Source of the DNA: Pirellulales bacterium
GTDB taxonomy: Bacteria > Planctomycetota > Planctomycetia > Pirellulales > UBA1268
Direction: 5' to 3'
DNA length: 44,573 bases
NCBI GenBank assembly: GCA_044344765.1
Contig: JBIJCJ010000001.1
Coordinates: 1-44,573, forward strand
Every line of letters starts with the position of its first letter. The first letter of the stretch is position 1. The notes beneath the pieces were generated by a model. It saw only the letters and a program-made list of their open reading frames with translations. It had not been told where the DNA came from and made no database searches. Positions 35,612 through 44,573 of the stretch are shown here, one piece after another. The position numbers and the translations under genes are program-made.

Positions 35612-36517
35612 TCACCACGGGTTCGGCACGAACGCTCCGCCGCGGCAGCGGTTCAAATGCTCGAGGGCTGCGACCTGGCCCGTCGTCTCCAGGGCGTCGC
35701 GATACACGGGATCGTGAAATCCCTCGATGTCGATGCTTCCCCGCCAGCCACATTGGCGGAGCGTCGAGATCAGGTCGGTCCAGTCGGTGACCCCGAATCC
35801 GGGCGTGCGATGGTGGATGTACTGCACGCCGCCGCGGATGCCGTGCTCGCGGATCACGTTCCAGTCGACCTGGGCGTCCTTGCCGTGGACGTGCCAGATG
35901 CGGTGCGCGTATTTCTTCAGCTGCGGCAGCGGGTCGGCGAAGCTCACGATCTGGTGGCAGGGCTCCCATTCCAGGCCCAGCACGGGGCTCTCGACGGCGG
36001 CGAACATCGCGTCCCAGGCCCGCGGGGCGTGGGCGATGTTCCAGTCGCCGCTCTCCCAGGTGCCCCGCTTCTCGCAGTTCTCGAATGCCAGCCGCACGCC
36101 CCGGTCTTCGGCCCGTCGGGCCAGCGGCCCGAACACCGCCGCGAACCGGCCGAACGACTCAGGTACCGGCCGCCCCGGGATTCGGCCCGCGAACCCGCTG
36201 ACGACGTCGCAGCCGAAGAGCGTGGCGGAGTCGATGAGCCGCTCCCAGTCGGCGATCGTTTCCGGGCTCGTCAGCGGATTGCCGTAGACGCCGATGGCAC
36301 TCACCCGCCGTGGCAGGTCGTGGGGTCCGACGGGGTGGGCCTCGAGCTCCCGGCGGACGGCCGCCGCCAGGCCGGCCAGGTCGAAGTCGCCGACGCGGAT
36401 CCCGAACGAGATCTGAAAGGTTTCGAACCCATGCGGCAGCAGCTGGCGGATCACATCCGCCGTCCGCTCGTGGGCGGGCACGACCGTGCCGATGCGGATG
36501 TCTTCGTGGGCCTGCAT
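35612..36517 (-). CDS. Sugar phosphate isomerase/epimerase (xylose isomerase-like TIM barrel)
   Basis: 301 aa with RLAFENCE, LGLEWEPCH, WHVHGKD and GSIDIEGFHD, a pattern typical of the AP-endonuclease-2/TIM-barrel family. Confidence 0.85.
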   Translation of the reverse strand: MQAHEDIRIGTVVPAHERTADVIRQLLPHGFETFQISFGIRVGDFDLAGLAAAVRRELEAHPVGPHDLPRRVSAIGVYGNPLTSPETIADWERLIDSATLFGCDVVSGFAGRIPGRPVPESFGRFAAVFGPLARRAEDRGVRLAFENCEKRGTWESGDWNIAHAPRAWDAMFAAVESPVLGLEWEPCHQIVSFADPLPQLKKYAHRIWHVHGKDAQVDWNVIREHGIRGGVQYIHHRTPGFGVTDWTDLISTLRQCGWRGSIDIEGFHDPVYRDALETTGQVAALEHLNRCRGGAFVPNPW

Positions 36518-36547
36518 GGTGACAGCCTACGGTACAATGCCGCGGCC

Positions 36548-36679
36548 ATGAACAAGGCCTTCTGGAACGAGCCCGATTCGAGCCTGTCGCCGCGATGCCC
36601 CGCGTGCGGAGGCGACGCCGTCCGGCTCGTGGCCGAGAGGCTCGTGGCCCCCGTCGCCCGCGCGGCCTCCGGCGGGTGA
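36548..36679 (+). CDS. Possible 43-aa ORF preceding the EEP gene
   Basis: MNKAFWNEPDSSLSPRCPACGGDAV... has a single CxxC. Its stop is 4 nt before the next ATG. This is weak evidence and it could be non-coding. Confidence 0.25.
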   Translation: MNKAFWNEPDSSLSPRCPACGGDAVRLVAERLVAPVARAASGG

Positions 36680-36683
36680 CCGC

Positions 36684-37409
36684 ATGCGGCTTCTGAGCTG
36701 GAACATCCACAAAGGGATCGGCGGCCGCGATCGCCGGTATGCCCTCGACCGGATCGTGGCCGTCATCGAGGCCGAGAACCCGGACCTGGTCTGCCTGCAG
36801 GAAGTCGACCGGCTCGTCCACCGCAGCCGCTTCGACGACCAGCCGCGACTCCTCGCCCGTGCCCTCCATCAGCACGCCGCCTTCCAGGTGAACGTGCCCG
36901 TGGGTCGCGGCGGCTACGGAAACCTCGTGCTCTCCCGCTGGCCGATCGCGCACCGCCACCGGGTGTCGCTCCGGCGCGGATCGCGGAAGCCGCGCGGCGC
37001 CCAGCTGCTGCTCGTCGACACGCCCGAGGGCCCGGTGCACGTCGTGCACGCCCATCTCGGCCTCGCCGAGCGGGAGCGGCACTGGCAGGTGGCGCGGATC
37101 CTCGGTCACATGCTCTTCCGGTCGGCCGACCGGCATCCGACGGTGATCGTCGGCGACTTCAACGACTGGCGGAACACGCTCGCCGCCGGGCCGCTCGCGG
37201 CCAGCGGCTTCCGCCAGGTGACGAGCCCCGTGAGCCGGTTTCGCACGTTTCCGGCGTGGCTGGCCGTGGGCTCGCTCGACAAGGCGTTCGTGCGCGGCGA
37301 CATCGACGTCCGGCAGGCCCGCGTGGTGCGGTCGAGCCTCGCCAAGGTGGCCAGCGATCATCTGCCGCTGGTGATCGACTTCCACGTGCGCCGGACGACG
37401 ACGCTGTAG
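36684..37409 (+). CDS. Endonuclease/exonuclease/phosphatase (EEP) family protein
   Basis: MRLLSWNIHKGIG, DLVCLQEVD, VVHAHLGL, VIVGDFND and ASDHLPLVIDF. Confidence 0.85.
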   Translation: MRLLSWNIHKGIGGRDRRYALDRIVAVIEAENPDLVCLQEVDRLVHRSRFDDQPRLLARALHQHAAFQVNVPVGRGGYGNLVLSRWPIAHRHRVSLRRGSRKPRGAQLLLVDTPEGPVHVVHAHLGLAERERHWQVARILGHMLFRSADRHPTVIVGDFNDWRNTLAAGPLAASGFRQVTSPVSRFRTFPAWLAVGSLDKAFVRGDIDVRQARVVRSSLAKVASDHLPLVIDFHVRRTTTL

Positions 37410-37531
37410 CGGCACGCCTTCGGCAGGGAGCAGTGTGGGGCTGCGTCGGCAGCGGATGGCAGGTTGGTCGTGTTCAAGAAGGGGCGTTATCCTACTCCAT
37501 GCAACGCCCCACCAAACCAGGAAGTGAACGC

Positions 37532-38461
37532 ATGATCTCCGGCATTCTCGCCCCGCACATGGTGCCGCTCGACGACCGCGGCCGCATCAACGAAAAGGAA
37601 CTGGCCCGGTACGTCGATTGGCTCGTCGATCGCGGCATCCATGGCCTCTACCCGAACGGCTCGACCGGCGAGTTTCTCCGTTTCACTCCCGAGGAGCGTC
37701 GGCGGATCGTCGAGATCGTCTGCCAGGCGACCGCGGGACGCGTGCCCGTCGTCGCCGGGGCGGCGGAGGGGACGGCCGCCGAGACGATCCGGGCCTGCGA
37801 ACACTGCCAGGAGGCGGGGGCGACGGCCGTCGCCATCGTCTCTCCCTACTACTACCGGCTCTCGCAGGAGAGCATCTACGCCTACTTCCGCGAGATCGCC
37901 AGTCATTCGCCGATCGACATCCTCGTCTACAACATCCCCATGCTCGCCTCGCCGATCGAGATCGCAACGGTGCGGCGGTTGGCGGAGGAGTTTCCGCGGA
38001 TCGTCGGCATCAAGGACTCCAGCGGCGACATCTCGCACATGGGCCGGCTCATCGCGGCCGTGCGGCCGATCCGCCCCGAGTTCTCCATCCTCACCGGCTG
38101 GGATGCGGCGCTCGTCGCCATGCTCGCGATCGGCTGCGACGGGGGGACGAACGCCTCCAGCGGGATCGTTCCGGAACTCACCCGGGCGATCTACGACGGC
38201 TTCAAGACGGGAGACCTGGCGGGGGCCAACCGGCGCCAGCGAACGCTCACCGATCTCTTCGATCCGATGATCTCGGGTGCGGACTTCCCGGAAGGGTTCC
38301 GGATCGCGGCCGGGCTGCGGGGCTTCGCGATGGGGCCGTCGCGCCAGCCCGCTACCGACGAGCAGCGAACGTCACGGCGGGCGCTGGCGGAACAGCTGCG
38401 ATCCAGGCTCGAGGCCCTGGGCATGAGCCGCTCGCAGCCAGGCGACGCGATCGTCGCGTGA
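37532..38461 (+). CDS. Dihydrodipicolinate synthase / N-acetylneuraminate lyase family protein
   Basis: Start at ATG 37532 preceded by AGGAAG, with an alternative ATG at 37499. Motifs GLYPNGSTGEF, VYNIP and the Schiff-base lysine context VGIKDSSGD. Confidence 0.85.
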   Translation: MISGILAPHMVPLDDRGRINEKELARYVDWLVDRGIHGLYPNGSTGEFLRFTPEERRRIVEIVCQATAGRVPVVAGAAEGTAAETIRACEHCQEAGATAVAIVSPYYYRLSQESIYAYFREIASHSPIDILVYNIPMLASPIEIATVRRLAEEFPRIVGIKDSSGDISHMGRLIAAVRPIRPEFSILTGWDAALVAMLAIGCDGGTNASSGIVPELTRAIYDGFKTGDLAGANRRQRTLTDLFDPMISGADFPEGFRIAAGLRGFAMGPSRQPATDEQRTSRRALAEQLRSRLEALGMSRSQPGDAIVA

Positions 38462-38479
38462 GGCTACCGGCGGCGCCGA

Positions 38480-40480
38480 TCATGCCACCGCAGCTCCGCG
38501 GCGGATGATTTCCGGCGCGAGGCCGATGGCGACCGCCGCGAGCATCGCGGCTTGCCGGGACGGATCCTCTTGGCTGCCCGGATCGACGACGACCACCCTG
38601 CGGCCGCTGTCGGCCGCGAGGCGCGTGCACTCCTCATCCGCCTCCGCCAGCACGATCGTGCCCGCCGCGGCGACCGAATCGACGAGCGCCGCGAACACCG
38701 CCCGCGGTGCCGCTCCCGCTGCAGCGGTCACGTCGCCCGGCGGCGCCGGCATTCGGCCGAGCACGAGCACGTCGCAGCGGTCGGCCGGCAGCCCCCGCAC
38801 GGCAACCGCCTGCCAATCGAGCTCGCAGACCATGGCGTCGATCTCGGGAGAGACGAGGAGATCCCGGGCGGCGTCGGGATCGACCGCAGGTGTGGCGGAG
38901 CATACGAGGTGGCCCAGCGACCGCCCCGCTGCGCAGGCGAGCCCCGGGCCGCGTCCGGCCGCCCGCAGAAACCCCGCGAGCAGGGCCGCCGCGCCGGTGG
39001 CCGCGTCGCCTGCGGCCCCCGTGCCGCGGCCCACGACGAAGACGACTGGAATCCTGCCGTCGTCACCGGGGCCGAAGAGCTCCTCGACGATCGCCCGGCC
39101 GACCGGCTGCCCCGGGCCCTGCGAGGGATTGGCGTGGATCATCAGCTGCGGCCCCGCGTTCACCTCGCAGACCTTCGCCCCCTGTCCGTGCGGCGGTTGG
39201 GCGATGTCCCGTGCGATCACGTCGATGCCGGCGATGTCGAGCCCGACGGCCCGCGCCGCCCGCTCGGCCATCGCAGCCATGTCGGGATGGACGAGCGCCG
39301 TCGCGTCGATGCCATGCGTTCCGATCTGGTTCACGAGCACGCGGGTGCCGGCCCCGGGAACGGTCTCGGGCGTCACCCCCGCCCGGGCGAGCTGTGCGAG
39401 GACGGTGGCCTCGAGCTTGACCGTCTTGTTGGGCATCGCTTCAGAGATGCCGCGGCGGGGATCGGAATTGATCTGCAGTTCGATCAGCTCGGCGACCGTG
39501 TGGCGGCCGTCGCCGGTCACGTGGATGTGCTCCCCCTTGGCGCAGGCCACCATGCGGCCGCCGATCACCAGGAGCCGGTGCTCGAGGCCCGGCACGAACT
39601 GCTCGACGACGACGGTCCGCACCCGCCGCCCCTCCTCGGCGGCGACCGGGACGGCCCGCTCGATCTCCTCCCGCGAGGAGAGGTCGAGAAACACGCCCCG
39701 GCCGTGGTTTGCGTCGAGCGGCTTGACGACGACCGGCAGGCCGATCGCCTGTGCGGCCTCCCAGGCCTCGGCCGCCGTCGTGACCGTGCGGCCCACGGGC
39801 ACCGGCACGCCCGCGGCCGCGAGGAGCTGCTTCGTGAGCTGCTTGTCTCGCGAGATGCCCTCGGCGATCGCGGACGTGCGGTCGGTCTCGGCGGTCCAGA
39901 TGCGGTGCTGCCGGCGGCCCTGTCCCAGCTGCACGAGGCACTCCCCGCCAAGCCGCCGCCACGGGATGCCCCGGGCGGCCGCCGCATCGACGATCAGCAT
40001 CGTGCTCGGGCCGACGCAGACGTCGTCGGCGAGCAGCGTGAGCCGCTCGAGGAGCGGTGCGAGGTCGGGAAGATCGGTCACGACCGCGCGGTCGAGCAGC
40101 CCGATCGCCTCCTGCAGGCAGGCCGCCACGAGCCGTGGATCGTGGGCCTGGAGCACGAGCCGAAACGTTCTCGTGCCGACCGCGGGCAGCACCCGCAGCA
40201 GGGGCGTCGCCGGCTTTCGGGCCATGGTCTGGAGGGTCAGCGCCACCTCGCCGAGCAGGCGGGCCCAGGCCGTGTCAGCAGACGAGTCCGCCGCTGCCGC
40301 TTTGGCCTCTTCGTGGAAGAGCCCGCGGCGCTCCGGCAACGCCGCATCGATTCTCGCGGCGGCGACTGCGATCGCGGCCGGTGCGGGCGCCGCTTCGATG
40401 CGGACCGTAGCCTCATAGACCTCGACGTCCCGAGCCCAGACGCTCGGTGCCAGCAGGGGCCGACCCGCACAGATTTCCAT
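38480..40480 (-). CDS. Cyanophycin synthetase-like ATP-grasp ligase with a degenerate, truncated Mur-ligase-like domain
   Basis: CphA-like N domain (MEICAGRPLLAPSVWARDVEVYEATVRIE). ATP-grasp domain (ISRDKQLTKQLLAAAGVPVPVG, LPVVVKPLDANHGRGV, VVVEQFVPGLEHRLLVIGG, VCEVNAGP). The segment aligning to the M-domain start reads GRIPVVFVVGRGTGAAGD where CphA1 has a GTNGKT P-loop. The protein ends at residue 666. Confidence 0.8.
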   Translation of the reverse strand: MEICAGRPLLAPSVWARDVEVYEATVRIEAAPAPAAIAVAAARIDAALPERRGLFHEEAKAAAADSSADTAWARLLGEVALTLQTMARKPATPLLRVLPAVGTRTFRLVLQAHDPRLVAACLQEAIGLLDRAVVTDLPDLAPLLERLTLLADDVCVGPSTMLIVDAAAARGIPWRRLGGECLVQLGQGRRQHRIWTAETDRTSAIAEGISRDKQLTKQLLAAAGVPVPVGRTVTTAAEAWEAAQAIGLPVVVKPLDANHGRGVFLDLSSREEIERAVPVAAEEGRRVRTVVVEQFVPGLEHRLLVIGGRMVACAKGEHIHVTGDGRHTVAELIELQINSDPRRGISEAMPNKTVKLEATVLAQLARAGVTPETVPGAGTRVLVNQIGTHGIDATALVHPDMAAMAERAARAVGLDIAGIDVIARDIAQPPHGQGAKVCEVNAGPQLMIHANPSQGPGQPVGRAIVEELFGPGDDGRIPVVFVVGRGTGAAGDAATGAAALLAGFLRAAGRGPGLACAAGRSLGHLVCSATPAVDPDAARDLLVSPEIDAMVCELDWQAVAVRGLPADRCDVLVLGRMPAPPGDVTAAAGAAPRAVFAALVDSVAAAGTIVLAEADEECTRLAADSGRRVVVVDPGSQEDPSRQAAMLAAVAIGLAPEIIRRGAAVA

Positions 40481-40838
40481 GCCACCCGCCGGTGTTCATT
40501 GCACCTGGCCGACCGGATCGGACTTCCGCACCGCCCGTTAACGTCGCCATGGCCAGAACATGGTGTCACCAATCGAGGAAACGGACAAGTCGGAAGGAGC
40601 CGCGGCCGGGCCGTTGGCGGCGGCTGCCATTCGGCCTCGCTCGACCGCCGCGGCCACCGGCGCCTCAACCCAGCGGTGCAGCGCCGCGCCGGCCACAGGA
40701 ACGCTCGCTCGCGCCGCCCGTCGGCCAGGCAGCGCCGCCTGGAATTGGGGATGGTCGTCGGCCGGCGCAGACTATCATCCTGCCGACGGCGTCCCCGAAT
40801 CCCGCGTCAACCGCCGGCCGCCGCTGCAGCGGACGAAG

Positions 40839-43265
40839 TCAGGGCGCGTCGACCTGCTCGCCACCGGCCGTGGTGAACAGCGCCGCCAGCACGTCGGCCG
40901 GGATGTCCCGGGGGATCATCGACACGTGACCATCGCCGAAGACCGCGAGGAAGCCCGTCGGCCGGGCGTTCTTCAGGCCTGCGTGCGGCTGCTTGGGATC
41001 GAAGGCGAGATCCTCGGGCTTCGTCCACGGCACCGCCTCTTTCGCCTCGACCTCGACGATGATGATCGTCTTCGAAGGTTCGTCCTTGATGTCGCCCAGC
41101 GTCAACGCGACGTCCGTCCTGGGAAACAGCGTGCCCGGGCCCGTCGGCACGAGATAGCGGGTCATGCCCGGGCGGACGGCGGCGGCGTCCGGCGAGGCGA
41201 ACTTCGCCGGCATCAGTTCCAGCAGCTTCTTGTTGTGCTCGCTGTCCCAGGGCTCGTCGAGATGGAACTGGCGGTAGAGGCCTGTCTCCTCGATGTAGGG
41301 CAGCAGCGCCACCCGCCACGAGAGCAGCGGCTTGCCCTGCTTGTCGCAGATCGCGGCCTTCGGGAATTTCCGCATGGTGCTTTCATGCGCCAGCATGCCC
41401 AGCCCGAAACTCCTGGCGTTGAAGAAGGCGAGCTGCCGCCGGGCCTCTGCCCGTGCCGCCTGGACGGCGGGAAGCGTCAGGGCCACCACGATGCCGGCCG
41501 TCGTCGGTGACGTGGCGACTCCCGCCCCGCCAAACGGGCCGAGCGGCAGCGACGAGCGGCCCTCGGCGACGATGTCGCCCTCCGCATCGTGGCGGAGCAC
41601 GGCCACCGCCGGCAACAGATGCTTCGTCACCAGGGCGGCGTCGGGCAGCCGCGGCACATCAGCCCCGGCCGCCTTCAGCCCCTCCGCCGCCAGCGGCGTC
41701 AGGCTGCCGTACAACGCGACGAGCGATGCCACCGCCGCACGCGGCTCCTGATAGCTGAGGGCCGCCGCCCGGTCGCCGCGCAGTGCCTGCACCTCGGCGG
41801 CTTCGGCCAGCGAGGCGGCGTCGTCCCCGCGGGTGATCATCTGCTCCAGTCGCTCGGGCGACGTCGCCACCAGCAGCCGATCGCCGTGGATGCACCAGGC
41901 CGGCTGCAGCGGTGCCTGCGGGAGCCGCGCGGTGAAAATCGTCACTTTGCCGGCTGCGTCGCCGACCTGCCGCTCGGACAGTTCGAGCGGAAGCATGCCG
42001 GGCCGGGCGGCCGCCTGCCGGAGCAGGCCGAGCAGCGCCTTGTGGGTCTTGGCGAACGTCGGCGGGTCGTCGAGACCGACGACTGCCGAGGCGCTCCCGT
42101 CGGGCAGCGCGTACACCGTCCACGTGTCGCCGAGCGGCTCGAGCAGGTGCGTCACCACGTCGATGCCCGCGACGGCCCGCACCTGTTCCAGCATCTGCGT
42201 GACCTGGGCGGACGAACCGGGCTGTACGGCTTCGAACGCCGCGCGGGCGGTCGCGAACGTCGCCGCGAGGTCGAGCTTCACGACCTGGGCCATGGCGGCA
42301 CCGGCCGGTATGGCCTTCAGGTCGGCGGCCGTGACGCCCTGCCTGCCGGCCGTGAAGAAGCCGGTCGGCTGGCCATCGAAGTCGAGAATCGCGGCCGAGG
42401 CGATCTCCGTCTTGGTGAGGCCGGCGACGGCCTGCACGGCCCGCAGGCCGTCGAGCCCGCTGGCGGAGGCCGCGGCTGCGAACTCCGGGCCGCGGATCAT
42501 CGTCTTGGCGATCTCGAGAACCTTGGCGACGTCCACGTGCGCGAGCAGCCCGCGCCTTTCGAGCGGCAGCCGTCCGGCGAGCTTCGCCTTCCAGGCCGGG
42601 GGCGGGCGCTTCTTGTCGGCAAGCCGGGCGAGCAGGTGCTCGAGCGCGTCGGTGCCCACGGCACCGACGAAGAAGCTGCCCTTGAAGCCCCAGGCGATGT
42701 CGGGCACCCCGGGAGGGATTCTCTCGAATCGCGACCAGGTGTGGCCGGCGATTGCGAGCTCGCCAATCGGCACACCGTGATTTCGCGGAACGGCGATCCA
42801 TGTGTCGAGGATCCGCCGCACCTCGTCCACGTTCGCCCCGCAGTTGACGACCAGACTCCCTTCCATGTTCAAAGCATTCGGTGCGAAGGAGTAGGAATCG
42901 ACCGTCAGCGCCGCCGGCCGCGTGAGCAGCGTGAAGGCCAGCTGCCGGACATCGGGCGTGAAGGCGTTCCTCTGCTCCGCCCGGGCTGACAGGAGCTTCT
43001 CGGCCACGCCGGCCACGTCACCGATGAACCGCTGCACCTCGGCCTCGGCCAGCAGCGCCTCGGCGCGGTTGGCCGAACCGGCCACGGGCTCCGCCCGACC
43101 GGCCAGGGCGACGTGCAGCAGGCAGGCGTCGGGGGCCGCCCGCTCGATCACCGGGTCGGGCGGGAGCGGCGGCATGGAGAGTGGCAGGCTCGGCAGGCCG
43201 CCGAGGCCCACGAGCAACAGCAGCATTTCAAGTGGACCCATACCGAAGGTATTCACGGTATTCAT
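40839..43265 (-). CDS. Large secreted/membrane protein: uncharacterised ~585-aa N-terminal region fused to a DUF1559 (H-X9-DG) domain
   Basis: N-terminal hydrophobic signal MGPLEMLLLLVGLGGL. Residues ~590-790 are AGIVVALTLPAVQAARAEARR...LSWRVALLPYIEETGLYRQFHLDEPWDSEHNKKLL...AVFGDGHVSMI, the DUF1559 pattern. Confidence 0.8.
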   Translation of the reverse strand: MNTVNTFGMGPLEMLLLLVGLGGLPSLPLSMPPLPPDPVIERAAPDACLLHVALAGRAEPVAGSANRAEALLAEAEVQRFIGDVAGVAEKLLSARAEQRNAFTPDVRQLAFTLLTRPAALTVDSYSFAPNALNMEGSLVVNCGANVDEVRRILDTWIAVPRNHGVPIGELAIAGHTWSRFERIPPGVPDIAWGFKGSFFVGAVGTDALEHLLARLADKKRPPPAWKAKLAGRLPLERRGLLAHVDVAKVLEIAKTMIRGPEFAAAASASGLDGLRAVQAVAGLTKTEIASAAILDFDGQPTGFFTAGRQGVTAADLKAIPAGAAMAQVVKLDLAATFATARAAFEAVQPGSSAQVTQMLEQVRAVAGIDVVTHLLEPLGDTWTVYALPDGSASAVVGLDDPPTFAKTHKALLGLLRQAAARPGMLPLELSERQVGDAAGKVTIFTARLPQAPLQPAWCIHGDRLLVATSPERLEQMITRGDDAASLAEAAEVQALRGDRAAALSYQEPRAAVASLVALYGSLTPLAAEGLKAAGADVPRLPDAALVTKHLLPAVAVLRHDAEGDIVAEGRSSLPLGPFGGAGVATSPTTAGIVVALTLPAVQAARAEARRQLAFFNARSFGLGMLAHESTMRKFPKAAICDKQGKPLLSWRVALLPYIEETGLYRQFHLDEPWDSEHNKKLLELMPAKFASPDAAAVRPGMTRYLVPTGPGTLFPRTDVALTLGDIKDEPSKTIIIVEVEAKEAVPWTKPEDLAFDPKQPHAGLKNARPTGFLAVFGDGHVSMIPRDIPADVLAALFTTAGGEQVDAP

Positions 43266-43281
43266 AGTCCCGCTCCTCGAT

Positions 43282-43938
43282 TCAGTGGCCGCGGGCCCGG
43301 GCCGTCGCCCGCGCCCGCCACCATTCCCAGGCCAGCGGCAGCACCGACACCACCACGATGCCTACCACCACCAGTTCGAAGTTCTTCTTCACCGCCTCGA
43401 TGTTGCCGAAAAAGTAGCCGGCCAGCGTGCAGATCGCGACCCAGGCGATGCCGCCGGCGACGTTGTAGAACAGGAACGTCGGGTAGTGCATCTTCCCCAC
43501 GCCGGCCACGAACGGGGCGAACGTGCGCACGATCGGCACGAACCGGGCGAGGACGATCGTCTTGCCGCCGTGCCGCTCGTAGAAGCCCTGCGTCCGCTCC
43601 AGGTGCTCGTGCTTGAGGAACCACTTGTCGATCTTGAAGGCCCGCGGCCCGATCCAGCGGCCGAGCGCGTAGTTGAGCGTGTCGCCGAGGATGGCCGCGA
43701 TCGTGAGGATCACGAGCAACGTCCAAACTGACAGGTGTTGCGGATAGAGGGCCGCCATCGCCCCGGCGGCGAAGAGCAGCGAGTCGCCCGGCAGGAAGGG
43801 CGTGACCACGAGGCCGGTCTCGCAGAAGATGATCGCGAACAGCACGACGTAGGTCCACGGACCCCACGACTGGATGAGCGCCTCGAGGTGCTCGTTGACA
43901 TGGAGGAAGAGGTCGATGAATTGCTTGATCGTGTCCAT
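43282..43938 (-). CDS. DedA-family membrane protein
   Basis: FCETGLVVTPFLPGDSLLFAAG and IVLARFVPIVRTFAPFVAGVGKM. 218 aa. Confidence 0.9.
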   Translation of the reverse strand: MDTIKQFIDLFLHVNEHLEALIQSWGPWTYVVLFAIIFCETGLVVTPFLPGDSLLFAAGAMAALYPQHLSVWTLLVILTIAAILGDTLNYALGRWIGPRAFKIDKWFLKHEHLERTQGFYERHGGKTIVLARFVPIVRTFAPFVAGVGKMHYPTFLFYNVAGGIAWVAICTLAGYFFGNIEAVKKNFELVVVGIVVVSVLPLAWEWWRARATARARGH

Positions 43939-43954
43939 GGATTTCAGACTCCGT

Positions 43955-44573
43955 TCAGGGTTGGGCGAGCGCGGCCAATGTTTCGGCCGCCGCGGCCACC
44001 GTGGTGTCGATGTCGGCCTCGGTGTGGGCCGCCGAGATGAAGAGGGCTTCGTACTGGCTGCACGGCAGATAGACGCCCCGGTCGATCATGCCCCAGAAGA
44101 AGGCGGCGTAGCGGGCGGTGTCGCTGCGTGACGCCGTCTGCCACCCGGTGACGGGCACGGCCTCGGGGCCGCGCTGGAAGAAGGTCGTCATCATGCTGCC
44201 CACGCGGGCCGTCCAGGTCGTGATCCCGGCCCGGGCGGCGGCGGCGCGAACGCCCGCCTCCAGCCGCGCGCCGAGCCGCTCCAGATGCTCGTACGGTGGA
44301 CGCTCGCGCAACTCCTCGAGCGTCGCCATGCCGGCCGCGACGGCCAGCGGGTTGCCGGAGAGCGTGCCGGCCTGAAACACCTTGCCGGCCGGCAGCATGT
44401 GATCCATCACGTCGGCCCGGCCGCCGTAGGCGGCCAGCGGCAGGCCGCCCCCCACGATCTTGCCGAGCGTCGTCAGGTCGGGGGTGATGCCGAGCAGCTG
44501 CTGGGCGCCGCCGAGGGAGAGCCGGAAGCCGGTCATCACCTCGTCGCAGACGAGCAGCCCGCCATGCCGGGTG
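43955..44573 (-). CDS. hemL: Glutamate-1-semialdehyde 2,1-aminomutase, C-terminal part (gene continues beyond the window)
   Basis: DEVMTGFRLSLGGAQ, the PLP-lysine context DLTTLGKIVGGGLP, FQAGTLSGNPLA, and the C-terminal SQYEALFISAAHTEADID. Confidence 0.9.
   Translation of the reverse strand, partial: TRHGGLLVCDEVMTGFRLSLGGAQQLLGITPDLTTLGKIVGGGLPLAAYGGRADVMDHMLPAGKVFQAGTLSGNPLAVAAGMATLEELRERPPYEHLERLGARLEAGVRAAAARAGITTWTARVGSMMTTFFQRGPEAVPVTGWQTASRSDTARYAAFFWGMIDRGVYLPCSQYEALFISAAHTEADIDTTVAAAAETLAALAQP

Noticed and set aside
35026-35790. ORFs 35026..35469(-) and 35209..35790(+) running through the tandem repeat array.
   Set aside because: Their translations are just the repeat unit read in frame (for example [25 protein letters not shown] appears twice). 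They are Arg-rich, lack RBSs, and both strands are open, so I treated the array as non-coding.
37481-37510. 8-bp perfect hairpin GGGGCGTT-N14-AACGCCCC between the EEP gene and the dapA-like gene, considered as a riboswitch or terminator.
   Set aside because: It is too small and isolated for a riboswitch and has no U-tract. It overlaps an alternative in-frame ATG (37499) of the dapA-like gene, so it may simply be leader or coding sequence.
40481-40838. Possible small gene in the 358-bp gap between the DUF1559 gene and the cphA-like gene (ORFs 40560..41510(+), 40447..40929(+), 40237..40668(-)).
   Set aside because: All candidate frames are Arg/Ala/Pro-rich, run into the neighbouring genes out of frame, and lack RBS-like sequences. 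I treated the gap as the promoter/leader of the cphA-like gene plus a weak CGTCGGC...GCCGACG hairpin.

Overview
GC-rich window (roughly two-thirds G+C by eye, not computed), probably from a Planctomycetota-type genome, judging by a DUF1559 H-X9-DG-type protein and Pro/Ala-rich secreted proteins. Positions 1-9230 are an all-plus-strand phage-derived integrative element: coiled-coil ORF, large terminase, TP901-type tape measure, small ORFs, excisionase-like HTH, orphan ORF and tyrosine integrase. It ends beside a class II tRNA-Ser(GGA). The rest looks like core chromosome: ABC-F ATPase; an unknown gene divergent from a WYL regulator; glgE-mak; an mtnB-mtnD-mtnC-FIST operon; cardiolipin synthase; an OYE/GH88-like/SDR cluster; DUF4239; an LRR-like repeat protein; a TatD-like hydrolase; asd; an HTTM pair; Dcp peptidase; a TIM-barrel isomerase; an EEP nuclease/phosphatase; a DapA-family protein; a cyanophycin-synthetase-like ligase; a DUF1559 fusion; DedA; and partial hemL. 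No CRISPR array, rRNA or recognisable defence system is visible. The observations most worth a second look are: (1) a palindromic repeat family, with 2.4 tandem 147-bp units at 35208-35557, a solo copy at 20504 and a partial module at 22121; (2) a CphA-like synthetase whose Mur-ligase (M) domain is degenerate and truncated, as in CphA2; (3) the WYL regulator with its uncharacterised divergent partner; (4) a (CAG)n-encoded poly-Gln tail on MtnB; (5) a FIST gene translationally coupled to the mtn genes; (6) inverted pairs of tandem 11-mers between int and the tRNA; (7) terminase placed directly next to tape measure. All family assignments come from motif recall, not database searches.
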